Below, in pieces: positions 26,080-38,877 of a stretch of DNA of 64,000 nt. Source of the DNA: Octopus sinensis (lineage: Eukaryota). The translations under genes were made by a program, and so were the position numbers. Location: assembly GCF_006345805.1 (NCBI RefSeq), contig NC_042997.1, positions 212,350,001 to 212,414,000 of the forward strand. The letters run 5' to 3'. Below the pieces are notes generated by a model. The model saw only the letters and a list, made by a program, of their open reading frames with translations. It had not been told where the DNA came from and did no database searches. Position 1 is the first letter of the stretch. Every line of letters starts with the position of its first letter.

Positions 26080-27140
26080 TGGCATTTTGTTGACAAGGAG
26101 AAAGTCTTTGACAGGGTCCCTTGCTTACTAATCTGGTGGTTGCAGCAGAAATTAAGGGTAGACTAATGGCTGGTGAGAGCTGTCAAAGCCGTATACAGGG
26201 TTGCTATCAGTAAGATAAGAATTCATAAAGTTTATCAAACTTTATTTTACATTTCTTGCCCACAAGAAATTATGTCTGATCTTTAGCCTACTGCTAAAGG
26301 TTATTGATAAGAATTACCAACAAAAACAAAGCTGATAAATATGCACAGGTGTTGCAAATTAAGTTTAATTACCAGAGCTCAGTTCTCATTCACCTCTTAT
26401 TCCTTATAGTGTTCCTGGCCATAACAGAGGAGTTTAAGACTAGCTGCCTATGGGATCTCCTCTGGCCTTGTTCATATAGCTTAATTTGTTGTAGAAGTTC
26501 CTGGTATGGAAGCAAAACCTGGAATTAAAGGACCTTAAAGTTAATTTAGCAAAGATCAAAGTTCTAGTTAGCAGGAAAACAGATAGGACTGGATTCCCTT
26601 CAGTAAAATGAACCTGCTTGACCCAAGGAAAAGTTTTGGTAGAAATTCTTTACAATAAACCCAGTGCAAACAGAGGACACGTAAGAGGTGCAGAAGAATC
26701 GCAAAAGGATTAACAGAAAAAGTAGACTTTGTCTGTGACAGATGTGCGCAAGAAATAGATTGACCCAAAATGGCTAGGAAGATTCTTAGCGGATGTAGAT
26801 TGTTTGTTACCTAGGTGACCTAATTATCAGAAGATGCTGTGAAAACACAATCACAAGAATCAGAACCTTCTGGAGAAAATCCAGAGAGCTTCTACTTCTG
26901 TTGCTAATGAAAGGCTTCTTTCTCTTGGAGCAAAAGGCAAATTGTATAATGCCTGTGTAGAAACAGTAACGCTACATGACAGTGAGACATGGGTCTTGAA
27001 TGTAGAGGACATGCAAAGACCAGAGAAGAAAAAAAGCTAGCATGTTCCACAGAATGTACAGCATCAGTGTCCATCTAAAAAAAAGTGTAAATGTTTTGAG
27101 AGAAAAATTGGGCCTAAGAGGCATCAGATGTAGTGAGCAA
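26080..27140 (+). mobile_element. RTE-clade LINE RT/3' fragment, decayed
   Basis: ccttaaagttaatttagcaaagatcaaag (LKVNLAK), Cys-rich insert and VETVTLHDSETW; same family as 35830-36900. Confidence 0.7.
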
Positions 27141-27566
27141 TGGGGAAGAGTGTGTTTGCAGGGTCAACTTTTCCACATTATCACATAGGCATTTATTCAC
27201 AAATTCAAGTGCACCAATTATTATTGGTATAAATGTGAATTTCTAATCTAGATATAAGAGCTGGAGGTTTCAGAGCTGTTGTGCATACTTGTATATTCTG
27301 TCTCTGATTTTCAAAGAGATATTCACATCAGCAGAGAAGCTGGCCTCTGTGTCAGCACATACTTTTTCTTGTCTGCCACAAACAACAATATTAGAAATTT
27401 CAATGGGAATGTTCCACCACTATTCTTTTTTGTTGATGTTTTTGTATGTAATCAATAATGGAGATTCTCTGCCTTTATTCCAAGACAATCACTTTATACT
27501 GTTTCAGCAGCAACATCGTGTCACATACAGAGGTAGTGTCTTGATGACAATTTGAGGCAGCCGCTT

Positions 27567-27944
27567 TGTTTGTTTGTTTGTTGAGCGAAGCGGTCTTCGT
27601 CCCATTAGTGAGAGAAGTCCGAAACGTGGTCCTTTGCTATTCGTAAGACCCGCAGAAGAGAAAGCAGGTCAACCCCCTACACCGAGAGCATCGACAGATG
27701 GATGAATGCGCATCCAGGCTCAGCGGTTGCGTAGGAAGTTGGGGACAGGAAACAGGAAGAAAGAGTGAGAGAAAGTTGGAGCGAAAGATTACAACAGGGG
27801 TCGCCACCACCCCCAGCTGGAGCCTCGTGGAGCTTTAGGTGTTTTTCGCTCAATAAACACACACAACGCCCGGTCTGGGAATCGAAACCATGATCCTCCA
27901 ACTGCAAATCCGCTGCCCTAACCATTGGGCCATTGCACCTCCAC
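27567..27944 (-). mobile_element. SINE family A with a 15-bp TSD and (AAAC)n tail
   Basis: TSD ttgaggcagc(c/t)gctt at 27552-27566 and 27945-27959. Confidence 0.88.
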
Positions 27945-28301
27945 TTGAGGCAGCTGCTTATCACATGTGATGTCCTCCACATAACTGTGGCTTAATCGAT
28001 TGGTTTCATTTTGTGGTTCCGATGGCTCCACTGGATCTTGTTCTCCAGGTATTTTGTAGCAATCTCCTGTTCTTGGATTGCAAACACACAGCCTTCAAAG
28101 TGTGATCTGATGTAGTGGTCATCAGTCCAAGAGAGGCTGCACTTCATGTTGATATTAGTGTCTTCATAAAACCTATTTATGGTATTGTTAGTCCAGCTGT
28201 TTTGGGGTTGTATGGCAGCTCAAGAAGAGACAACTTCCCAAGGGGCTTACTACTGACATATAGGACATTGTTCTTTTTGCTTTACAACATTAAGTCTATC
28301 A

Positions 28302-28637
28302 TCATCATCATCATCATCGTTTAACGTCCGTTTTCCGCGCTAGCACGGGTTGGACGGTTCGACCGGGGTCTGGGAAGCCAGGAGGCTGCACCAGGCTCCA
28401 GTCTGATCTGGCAGAGTTTCTACAGCTGGATGCCCTTCCTAACGCCAACCACTCTGAGTGTAGTGGGTGCTTTTTACGTGCCACCTGCACAGGTGCCAGG
28501 TGGGGTCTGGCATCGGCCACGATCGGTTGGAGCTTTTAACGTGCCACCGGCACGGAAGCCAGCCAAGGCGGCGCTGGCAACGGCCACGAATGGATGGTGC
28601 TTTTTTATGAGTCACTGGCACTGGAGCCAGTCGAGGC
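28302..28637 (-). mobile_element. SINE-like family C
   Basis: (atc)n-gtttaacgtccgttttccgcgctagcacgggttggacgg. Confidence 0.88.
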
Positions 28638-29626
28638 GGAGCTGGCAACTGATGGAAATACAGATTCCAGATAAAAAAAGGAAAAAGTATGAAATGATGT
28701 AAACAACAAGTCGTTTTCACATTTTACTTTGCAATCAGTTTTTTTTTGTCTCTCTTCATTATTTAACTTCATTTGGTAAACTCTAGTAAAATATTCTATG
28801 TATGTATTTTTGGTGTTGTTGTTGTTGTTAAGGAAGTGTTGTTTGTGTGAGACTATACGACATTCAATGGCTGTCTGCACTGATATTGAGTTTCTACCTC
28901 ATTCATCCCTTCTTAAGTAGAACCTTTCAATATTACTATTTCTGTGGAAGCTTCCAGATGATGTTATTATCCTTCAGATTTCAACATCTCTTTTACCCAG
29001 ACCAGTGCATGTGTGTGGCTGAAGCTGCATGTTGGAGATTGTTTTTGAAGCAGTCTTAGTGTTTACTGCCCTGCTCTACCCACTGCCTATGAAATCTCTC
29101 TTCCCTGTTAACCTGCCTAGGAGCCTACTACACCTCTTGTGTCTGTTTTGTTTACCTTGAACACATTTCATAGATTTTCTCCCAACTCTGTTTCTGCAAA
29201 TGGAGGAGGATTATTTCCCCGATGTTATGAATGTTCTGAAAAATTCCATCAAGCTGCTCTCTGAAAAAAAGAAACAAAAATCACCAAATTTAGCTGGACC
29301 ATCCTGTATATTGCTCAGTATGTCTTCTATTTAAGGGTGTACTTTGTGGAGGTTTTGTCTGCTATTTTCTGCAGAATGGGTAACTGACTCACTGTGTGTG
29401 TTTATTAAAGCCTGACATGTCTTCTGGTAAGTGTTTGGTGTTAAAAAGACAATGGCATCTTTTTTCTATTACTGATGGAAATACAGATTCCAGATAAAAA
29501 AAACGAAAAAGTATGAAATGATGGAAACAACAAATCGTTTTCACATTTTACTTTGCAATCAGTTTTTTTTTTTTTTGTCTCTCTTCATTATTTAACTTCA
29601 TTTGGTAAACTCTAGTAAAATATTCT
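28638..29626. repeat. Direct duplication of about 160 bp (28638-28797 and 29470-29626)
   Basis: actgatggaaatacagattccagataaaaaaa...ttcatttggtaaactctagtaaaatattct is present twice with few differences. Confidence 0.9.
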
Positions 29627-30559
29627 TAATTTACTGACAGTAAAATATATATTACTATAAATTTAGCCACCATTCACAGTGTCAAAATAGCTCTACCAAG
29701 AGAGTGTTAGGGGTGAAAATCTAAATGGCTGTTTCAATCCCAGGTTTTGGCATATTGATAAGATTCTATTTTGCTTTTGAAATTATTACTTATTGAAATT
29801 ACTCGAGTTTAACTGAAGGAAAAATGTGCTAGGAGACATTTTAGTCACATCCTTTATATATAATAATCATAATTATAATGAGATATTTCCTTGCTCCCTT
29901 ACATGGAAAACTATTGGGACAATCTAATTAACATATCACCCGTACATGTATGTACACTCGTACACACACACACACACACATGTTTATTATACACATTCAT
30001 ACATCTATTAAAGCTATATTTGAACTAAACATTCCTGCATACACTGGGAAAATTCTGGTGAACATACAGCCCAAGCAACAGCAAGAACCATCGGACTAAA
30101 ATCTTTATAAATACCAGTATGGAATCCATAAGTTTAAGACCACCAGTCACATGGTTTTGCCATGCAGCAAATTCAGTAAAAAAAAAAAAAAAAAAAAAAT
30201 ATACAATCAAACAATGAATTGATAACGAAGCAGATTTGGCCAGGTTTGAAACCCTGTACTCAGATTCCAAGTTTAGAACTACAGTGATATAAAAACACAA
30301 TCAGCTCCTTGAGAGAATGGATCACCTGCATAAATATTCCCCAACCAATCAGCAATGGCTGGCATGCTTCAGTCAACTGAACTTTACTAAATGTTTTACT
30401 CCACACTCCGCTCCAGCAGCAAAAATTCTTTTGTTTCTCTTTTGTTTCATTTCAATAAAAACCTCACTTTAACATGGATTTTACATTTGCTTTCCCAGTT
30501 GCCAGGAGTTTTGTCTATTGCATCCTCACTGGACCGTTGTTTAATTGCATTAGAATAAG

Positions 30560-31540
30560 ATTACAGTGCATGGAATTAGCTTTACACCACAGGATTACTA
30601 TCTGGCTTCATGGGTGCAATGTCTCACTTCACTGGACCACTGTCTCACTTCATTACACTATTGAGTCACTTCACTGGACTACTGTCTCAATTCATAAGAA
30701 CGCTGTCACATCATTGCACTACTGTGTCACTTCACTGGATTACTGTCTCACTTCATTGGACTACTGTCTCACTTCATGGGAGTACTGTCATGTGTTTGGA
30801 CCAGTCTCACCTTATTGGAATACTATCTCACTTTATTTGAATACTGTTTCATTTTTTGGAATACTGTCTCATTTTATTGGAATACTGTCTCATTTCATTG
30901 AACCACTGTCTCACTTCATTGGACCACTGTCTGATTTCAATAGTCTACTGTCTCACTCCAGTGGACCTTTGTCTCATTTCATTGGACTACTGTATCACTT
31001 CATTGGAGTACCGTCTCACTTCACTGGACCACTGTCTCACTTCATTGGAGTAATGTCTAACTTCACTGGACCACTGTCTCAGTTCATCGGAGTACTTTCT
31101 CACTCTAGTGGACCTCCATCTCACTTCATTGGACTACTATATCACTTCTTTTGACCAGTTTCACTTCACTGGACCACTGTCTCATTACATTAGACCACTG
31201 TTTCACTTCACTGGAGTACTGTCCAACTTCACTGGAGTACCGTCCCACTTCACTGGAGTACCGTCTCACTTCACTGGAGTACCGTCTCACTTCACTGGCA
31301 TGCCGCCTCACTTCACTGGAATACCGCCTCACTTCACTGGAATACCGCCTCACATCACTGGGGTACTGCCTCACTTTCTGAGAATTTTGTCTCTCTTCAT
31401 TGGAACACTGTCTCATTTCACCGAACCAGTGTCTCATTTCACTGGACTAGTGTCTCACTTTGCTTGACCAGTGTCTCACTTCACTGGATCACTGTCTCCT
31501 TTCACATGCTCCCCCATTCCAGTTCACTGGATCACTGTCT
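30560..31540. repeat. Degenerate 21-bp minisatellite, about 45 copies
   Basis: Consensus ctcacttcactggaccactgt, which gives 7-aa periodicity in the ORFs (SHFTGPL, TSLDYCL, SLHWTTV). Confidence 0.9.
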
Positions 31541-31599
31541 CTCCCTCGTTGCAATATCTGTGGCCTTTTGGAAGATAACTACTGTTGCTCTTTTAGTGT

Positions 31600-32818
31600 G
31601 AAATAAAAGTCATCTTTTTTCATACAAAAAAATGAACTTTAATCAAATATATATTTTCCATTTTGCTCGATGACCTTTTGCCATCTTTCTGGCAGGTTCA
31701 TGATTCTGCACTCATAGAAATTCTGGTCCTTATCAGCTGAAAAATGAAGCAAGTATGATTTCAAGTTCACCATTTCAAAGAATTTTACAAACTTTGAAAT
31801 GAATGGTAATTTGATGGTGCAAGGTCAGGGCTACATGGTGGATATGACATCACTTCCCAACCAAGCTCCAGTAATTTTTTACAAGTTAGCAAATATGTGT
31901 TTGGTCTAGCGTTGTCATGTTGGAACATAATTCCTTTACGATTTGCTAATTATGACCGTTTTCTTTGATTACTTCCTCCAGTTTCATTAGTTGTTGACAG
32001 CAAACATCTGAATTGATCGTTTGGTTCCTTGAAAACAGCTCAAAATACACAACACCTTTGTAACCCCACCAAATTCACAGCACGACCTTTTTTGATGCAA
32101 TTCAATTTTTGATGTGGTTTGTGCTGGTTCATTATGCTTGGTCTATTGTAGACAATCCATTTTTCATCACCAGTGATGATTCGTTTCAAAAAAAGGTAAA
32201 TTTCATTGTGTTTGAGATGCATATCGCAAATATTAATTCGTTGTTTTAAGTGGATCTCTTTCAATTCATGTGGAACCCAAATATTGAGCTTCTTAATGAG
32301 TCCAAGACATTTTAAGTGATTTTCAATTGTTGCATGTGATACATTTAACCTCTCTGCAATCTCTCGCACAGTTATATGACAATCAGATTCAATTATGGCT
32401 TTGATTCAGTCATCATCATCTACAATAGGTCAACCAGAATGTTGGTCATCTTTGAATGAAAAATCTCGAGAATGGAATTTTTAAAACCATTTCTAACATG
32501 TGCGTTCTGTTAAGCAATCAATCCATTAAGCAACAAACTTCACACATCTCTTTGTGAGCCTCAGCAACTTTCTTGCCTTTTACGGAAATAAAAAAAGCAA
32601 AATATGGCGAAGATGTTCATTTTTGCACTCCGTGTTAAAATTGACACTGAACTAACAGCTGTAAACAAAATTATGCACAATTTGCTTCTAAAGTAAGCTA
32701 AAAGTAACGGCTATCAAATGTCAAAAGAGAAAAAATCATAACATTGACAAAAGTCATTCGAAAAAATAGTAACTCTATCTATTTGTGAAAACGAAATTAC
32801 TTTCTTGCTGACCCAATA
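31600..32818 (-). mobile_element. Decayed mariner (DD34D-type) transposon
   Basis: WVPHEL and RIITGDEKW motifs (32040-32369); CSPDLAPSNYHSFQSL (YSPDL motif) near 31800-31850; TIR TA|TTGGGTCAGCAAGAAAGTAATTTCG at the 32818 end. The other TIR is not recognisable, and there are stops and frameshifts. Confidence 0.9.
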
Positions 32819-32824
32819 TATATA

Positions 32825-32980
32825 TATACAGGTGTGGCCAGGTGGAAAGAAGCTCACTTCCCAATCGCATAATCCCAAGTTCCGGCCCACTTTGTGGCAT
32901 GTTGAATAAATATCTTCTCCTTTGGCTGTGAGAGGATTTGGTTGACAGAAACTGAAAGAACCCCACTGTGTGTGTGTGTG
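32825..32980 (+). mobile_element. SINE family B 5' fragment in the (TA)n next to the mariner TIR
   Basis: caggtgtggccaggtggaaagaagctcacttccca...gaggatttggttgacagaaactgaaagaa. Confidence 0.65.
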
Positions 32981-33309
32981 TTTTAATTTTCTCCATAAAC
33001 CATCATCGTTACACACCAGCAACTACTTTGCAATGTCTATTATAAAAATCTTCCTATTCCTTGATAGAGAGTCACATTACAGTAAGAGGTGGGATGTTAC
33101 AACAAATATTTGTAGCTTTTATGGGATTACAAATAAATTCCATGCGTGACAAAATGAAATTGTAGGAAATTAAGGACCACTGGTTAGCAAAGTTAAATTC
33201 CAAGTGACATCAGGTTATCTCCACAGACTGAGATGCAGATATTTAGACTTCATAACACGAATGATATCACTTAAACCTCATGTCAACCACTTAGAATTTG
33301 AAAACTATT

Positions 33310-33800
33310 TTAATGTCACATAGAAGATCATTTTCCCTGGGCATGGATTCACTGAAGCTCCGGCGTCTGGCGACGGACTTGGTAAACACCCACAAAGTTA
33401 TCAACCACCTCACCAACAACAACAACACTGAACACCTTTTTGATCTCCATGTGTCCAACACAGGTGGACATGCCTACAAAGTCAGAAAACAACACAGCTC
33501 CCATGACTTTCGGAAACATTTCTTCACGCTCAGAGTTGCTGAAGCGTGGAACAAACTGCCTGCATCAGTTGTTGACTGCCATGACACTGCATCCTTTAAG
33601 ACCCTCATGCTTTCCGAAATCCGCCGAAACTACACCTGATTGTCCCCCTTCCATACTCATACACATATGTGTATGTCATGACTCATGCATTGTTCTTTTC
33701 CTGACGCTTGTACATTACCCTATGTACTATACATACACTTTAGATGAGTTGTAGTGCACCTGAGCACTGTACACAATGTTTTATTATTATATTATTATAT
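33310..33800 (+). mobile_element. CR1/L2-group LINE 3' end
   Basis: LKLRRLATDL...TGGHAYKVRKQ...RKHFFTLRVAEAWNKLPASVV...SFK, the typical CR1-group C-terminus, followed by an (ATT)n tail. Confidence 0.85.
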
Positions 33801-35829
33801 GTAATTTTTGAAGCAAATACTTTGTTTTGGAGTATAGAAAGGTCAACCTATTTATCGTTACCACTGTTTGTAATTCTTTTCTCATGTTGACAGAGGTTAT
33901 GTGCAGGAGGAGGAGAAGGGGTAGGCCTGTGTCTTGTCTTGTATTTTATTCTATACTTTGATTATTCTAACAATGGCTGGCTTAGCTGTCACCCTCGTGT
34001 AACTTTGAACTGGCAGCTTGTAACACACTATAACAACTAATTGCCTTAGGTACCTCTACACTCCTAAACAGACCTAAATATCTTCTTGATCTTCTCGCTC
34101 ATGATCCAGAGGAACATCAAAAGTGTAACAGCAGGAGGGAGAGAGAGGAAAGGTTGCCAAAGTCAGCTGGTGCTCTTTTCCAGCTGAGTAGACTGCAGCA
34201 ATGTGAAATGAAGGGCCTTGCTCAAGGACGCAATGCACTGAACTGTCCAAGAATCGAATGATGTTCGAATCTCAAACACCCAAACCCATGCACCACGTGA
34301 TTGATTAGCACCATTCTGATGTGAAACTAGGGACCCTTTTGTGACAGTTTGGGAGATAAAAAGGAAAATAAAAGGAAATATTCATGGCCTCATTAAGTTC
34401 CTCCCATTCTTTGATTAATTAATTCTAAGACTCAATGATGTCTTTTAGTCACAGACAAAAAAACAAATAAGACTAGTAAAGTAAAATAAATAACAACGGA
34501 ATGACTCAGTCATTCAGTTGTTTTAATCCAGTTCTGGGATTCTGGTAACAGTAAATATGTCAGATGTAAATTCCAAACTAGTCCTGGCTCTGATGGAAAT
34601 AATAATTTTCCATCATCATTGAAGAAGAAGAATTTTAGAATATTTCATTTCCAAATATGATTGACTTATTTCTAGATGAGAACACAATTCTTGTGTGGAT
34701 TTGATCAAGGAACTTGTATCCCAAAACAAAGGGTTAACAACATTGCTATGAAGTAGGTCAGTGATCCGGGGACATATTCAGGAATAAGTCATGTGACAGC
34801 AACAGAAGAAAATCGTACACACAAAACACCGTGTGGATGTAACGTAATCAAGATGTAACTCCGTATAGATTTACAATTGAGGATTTAGCACAGTGCGGTT
34901 ATAACAGTAGCAATTATTGCTAATTAAGTTTAACACCTGATATTATATACACTTCAGGTTTATTGTACACTAAACAATGTATAAAAATGAAAGAAATGAC
35001 TGAAGAAGATTAATTGATATAAGATGAAGAATTTGAAATGAAAATCAATGTAAACTGAGAAAAACCAAATTCTAGCGTTGTTTTAGATGTTTGTGTAATA
35101 GAGAAGGATTCAAAGAAATTCTTAGAAATGGAGAAAGATCAATAGTTTATAGGGAAGCAATTGAAGCATAAGTTAAGCTGTTTCTACTTGATTAATATGT
35201 CTCAAGCCTGATGGCTTTAGAAATGTGATACATCATCCATCAACACCATTTAATGTTTGTAGGACAAATTACTGTGTTCAGATTATAATTTTGTGTAATT
35301 AATGACAGTGTAGTAATTAAGGTATGGAAATTGGAAGAAGAAAATTAGAAAATATTTCTCCATAAATATTATTTTGATTGCTGAAAATATAATTGAGAGT
35401 TAGATATTGTACATGTCCCAATGGCTTTCATCAATGCTGGAGCCCAGCAACTTTCATACCATCGTAACGTTATCAACAGACACAAAATACAAATGGGAGC
35501 TTCAGTTAATACATAAAAATACTGCAAGGTATTTCTGTTGAAATATATCAGTGTTCATTCAACACCTGTTCATCATCATCATAGACATACTATTGAAAGA
35601 AAAAGGTCCTTTCTCACTAATCTTATACGTTCATATTTTGGTCCAAACAGATCTCTTGTTTCCTCTGAACAAACCACACAATGGAAGTAGCAAAATACCT
35701 CTGCTTTCACACTTTCTGTCCCTCTTTTTTGGTTCACTATTTTGAAAATCCATGACTTGCTGGTACTAAATATTTTCTTCTTGTTTCACCTCTTTTTTTC
35801 TCCTTCAACAAATTGTTGAAGGAGAAATC

Positions 35830-36900
35830 TCATTCTAAAGCCGAGTTCTGGAAGTGTTGTGTGTGTCTGTGGACCTTTTACCTAATCACAACTGGACCCT
35901 TTGCCTAATCTCCTTCAAGACACCCCTGCCACCTGTGATCTCTCTAATTGCAGTAAGGCTCAGTGTTTTGCAATCGGCCTTCAGTACTTCCCATGTTTTC
36001 TTGGGTCTTTCATTTCCACAACTTCCCTCCATTTTTAGCGATCAGCACTTCTTTATGAACCTCTCCTCATCCGTCTGCATCACATGACCAAACCAGTGCA
36101 GTCCCCCCTCCCTTGCACACTGCATACAATTCCTCTTGGGCCCAACTTCTCTCTCAATACACCAATACTTTGTGTGCACTGGATACACTGAATGGAATTT
36201 CTGTCTACACTCTTCCTACATATTGAGCAAGGCCATTTACTTGAAGGGTGAAGGGTCCTGTCCGATTTCTTGCTATCTAGGACCTTGGTCTTTGCTAAGT
36301 TTACTTTAAGACCCTTTGATTCCAATTTCTGTTTCCACACCTTTTCTAATCCTGGTATGAGTGCAAGACTATCAGCATATAGTAGCTCCCATGGGCTCCC
36401 AACCTTAAATTCCTCTTATGGTCTGGAGGAAGATGATGAATAGGAGGGGGCTGAGAACTGACCATTGGTGGACACCCACCTGTACATTAAATTCATCACT
36501 GTATTTATGGCCAACTCTTACCTTGCTAAAAGTACCCTTGTAAATGGTTTGTAGTGCTTTCACAAGCCATTTCATCCATCCCTAGCTTCCTCACAGACCA
36601 CCATATCACAGTATGAGATATTCAGTTGGAGGCTTTCTCTAGACCAACAAATGCCAAGAACAACAGCTTGTTCTTAGCTAAATACTTCTCTTGCAGTTGC
36701 TTGACTGTGAAAATAGCCTCAGGGGTGCTTCTTCCTGGGACAAAGCCAAACTGCATTTGTCTAACCTAATTCTGTTCCTAATTAATTGGGCTATAACTCT
36801 CTCCATAACTTTCATCACTTGGTCCATCAATCTGATGTCTCCAGGCTTCCTTCAGTCCAAGACATCTCCTTTTCCCTTGTAGCAGTTGACTGTAATGCTG
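35830..36900 (-). mobile_element. RTE-clade LINE RT/3' fragment
   Basis: WKQKLESKGLKVNLAKTKVL...KWPCSICRKSVDRNSIQC; downstream GHVMQTDEERFIKK...PKKTW. Confidence 0.8.
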
Positions 36901-37663
36901 CTGCACCAATAACTAAGGATTACACCTTCCTGAATAACCTGACAAATGATATCTCTTTGAATTTACAGACCCAACCAACAAGCAAAACAAGACAAAACAT
37001 AGAATCATATTTAAAGGTGAACACAATATTACAAAAAAAAAAAAAAGGTTTTCGATGACCTCTGCAATTTCTACTTTTACAATTAGATTTATATTTTAAA
37101 GATTACTCAAATTAGTTTGGATCAGTAAAATGAGAACAGACATTTTAAATTAATTACTGCAACCAATGACATTTATGTAGCAATTAAAAAAGAAAATAGT
37201 CAATATAATAAAAAAAATGCCAAATTATGTTTAGTGAAGGAAATGTTTGTAAATCATGGAAACAGCAGAATGTAGGGAAGAAAAACCTTTTTCATTGATG
37301 AGGATAAAGAAATGTTGAAGTAATTGGTTTGTGAGAGCAATTAAAAGAAGGCTACTGATGTTTGATAGTAAAAAAAGAGGCAACAGCAATAGAGCTGTTT
37401 TAATTACAATTAACAAGTAAACTAATTCCAATAAGATTCCAGTTTCATTTATATTTGCTTAATTAATGTTTTTATTGTATTTCTGGAGTTGGTAGTGATG
37501 GTCAGTACCACAACAAATTAAATACTCAGAGATAACTTCAAAGAGTTTTCTCTTTCTCTTGTGAATGGGAAGGAAGTCAGTTTGGCAAAAACCATTCCAA
37601 TTTCAGCTATATCCATGGGGTAAAGTGAGAAATAGCATTGATGGAGAATGAAACACATATTAA

Positions 37664-38044
37664 TAGTTATCGCCATACTTATATGGCAGTCTTATAAATA
37701 TAAGACTAAAGCTGTCGCTGATTAGCTCCAAGAGGCCACCGCCTCAAGCTAGCTATTTGACACACATTGAAAACAAGTGGTAAATAGATTCTTCGAACAG
37801 GGAAAGTCAGTAGCGACACCGCTGGGTCTGACTACGCTGCATTGATAAAGGGCAAATACCCTGAAACATGTCTGCAGCTGTCTGACTAGCAGGATGAAGC
37901 GGCTGACCTCCCCTATTCGAAGGTTTATAATGGACGCAGATTGTGTGTCAAATAGCTAGCTTGAGGCGGTGGCCTCTTGGAGCTAATCAGCGACAGCTTT
38001 AGTCTTATATTTATAAGACTGCCATATAAGTATGGCGATAACTA
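37664..38044. mobile_element. 381-bp element with perfect 103-bp inverted arms, flanked by TTAA, carrying a hammerhead ribozyme in its spacer
   Basis: 37664-37766 is the exact reverse complement of 37942-38044 (checked base by base); TTAA at 37660-37663 and 38045-38048. Confidence 0.9.
37836..37878 (+). ncRNA. Minimal type I hammerhead ribozyme, U3:A8 core variant, predicted GUC cleavage after 37872
   Basis: GCTGCA (stem I) TTGATAA (core) AGGG-caaata-CCCT (stem II) GAA ACATGT (palindromic stem III) C | TGCAGC (stem I). All stems are Watson-Crick and correctly spaced. Confidence 0.78.
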
Positions 38045-38657
38045 TTAATTTCCAGTAATGCTGCCGTAATCTCCTTTAGAGAGACTTAGTAATTTTAATA
38101 TTTCTATTATTGAAACACATTGTTTACAGCAAGTTGTTCTTATGATGAGATACCTCTTTACACCTAGCTGGACTGTACCATTTAACCACAAAGACAGTGC
38201 TGAACAAGGACCATGAGCAAAACTTCAACCATTTCGAATATCCCCGACACAACCACTTCACTCTTCCAATGTGTGGATTGGGATTAAGTTGTGTGAACCA
38301 AAGTAAATCATTTCTTAGGTTAATCAGCCCCACTTTATTATGACTGGTCTGATAGAACACAACAAACTTGTCCTGGTTCTACATCAGCTGCCTCACAAAT
38401 TTCGAATGATGAATTTAAAGCAGTGACAGATGTAACCTCTGTATGGAATATATATCATCTGCATACGTTAAGGGAGCTGTAGTTAGTTGAGGCGTCAACA
38501 TCACCACCATCGTCTACGTCCATCTTCCATGCTGGCACTTCTTATCAAAGGAATGGGAAGATTTTTACTAGACATTGCAAAGTAGTGTAATGATGGTTTA
38601 TGGAGAAAACTAAAACTTGCATATCTGAAAATATTATGTTGCATTATTAGCAATTAA

Positions 38658-38877
38658 TCCTTTCGTTACCAACCCGGCCAACACTGGCTCTGGTTCTGAG
38701 TTCAAATGTCTTATTTTCATAAGTTTTGAATTAAAATCTTCCATCAAACCTTAGTCACAATTTATGTTTGTAACACTAGCTTAACGATAACTAAGTTATT
38801 TTACTAAATTCTTTATTATATTTAAAGTAATTGAACAAAACACAGAGCATCTAGAAGTAAATACAGTAATGAAAGGG
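38658..38877. mobile_element. piggyBac-type MITE, 220 bp
   Basis: TTAA|TCCTTTCGTTAC ... GTAATGAAAGGG|TTAA (TIR 10/12 match). Confidence 0.82.

Noticed and set aside
30474-31467. 226-aa and 119-aa His/Gly-rich repeat proteins
   Set aside because: The 226-aa ORF drifts through all three reading registers of the 21-bp unit (SLHWTTV, TSLDYCL, SHFIGPL), so frame is not conserved. Openness follows from a stop-free unit whose length is a multiple of 3.
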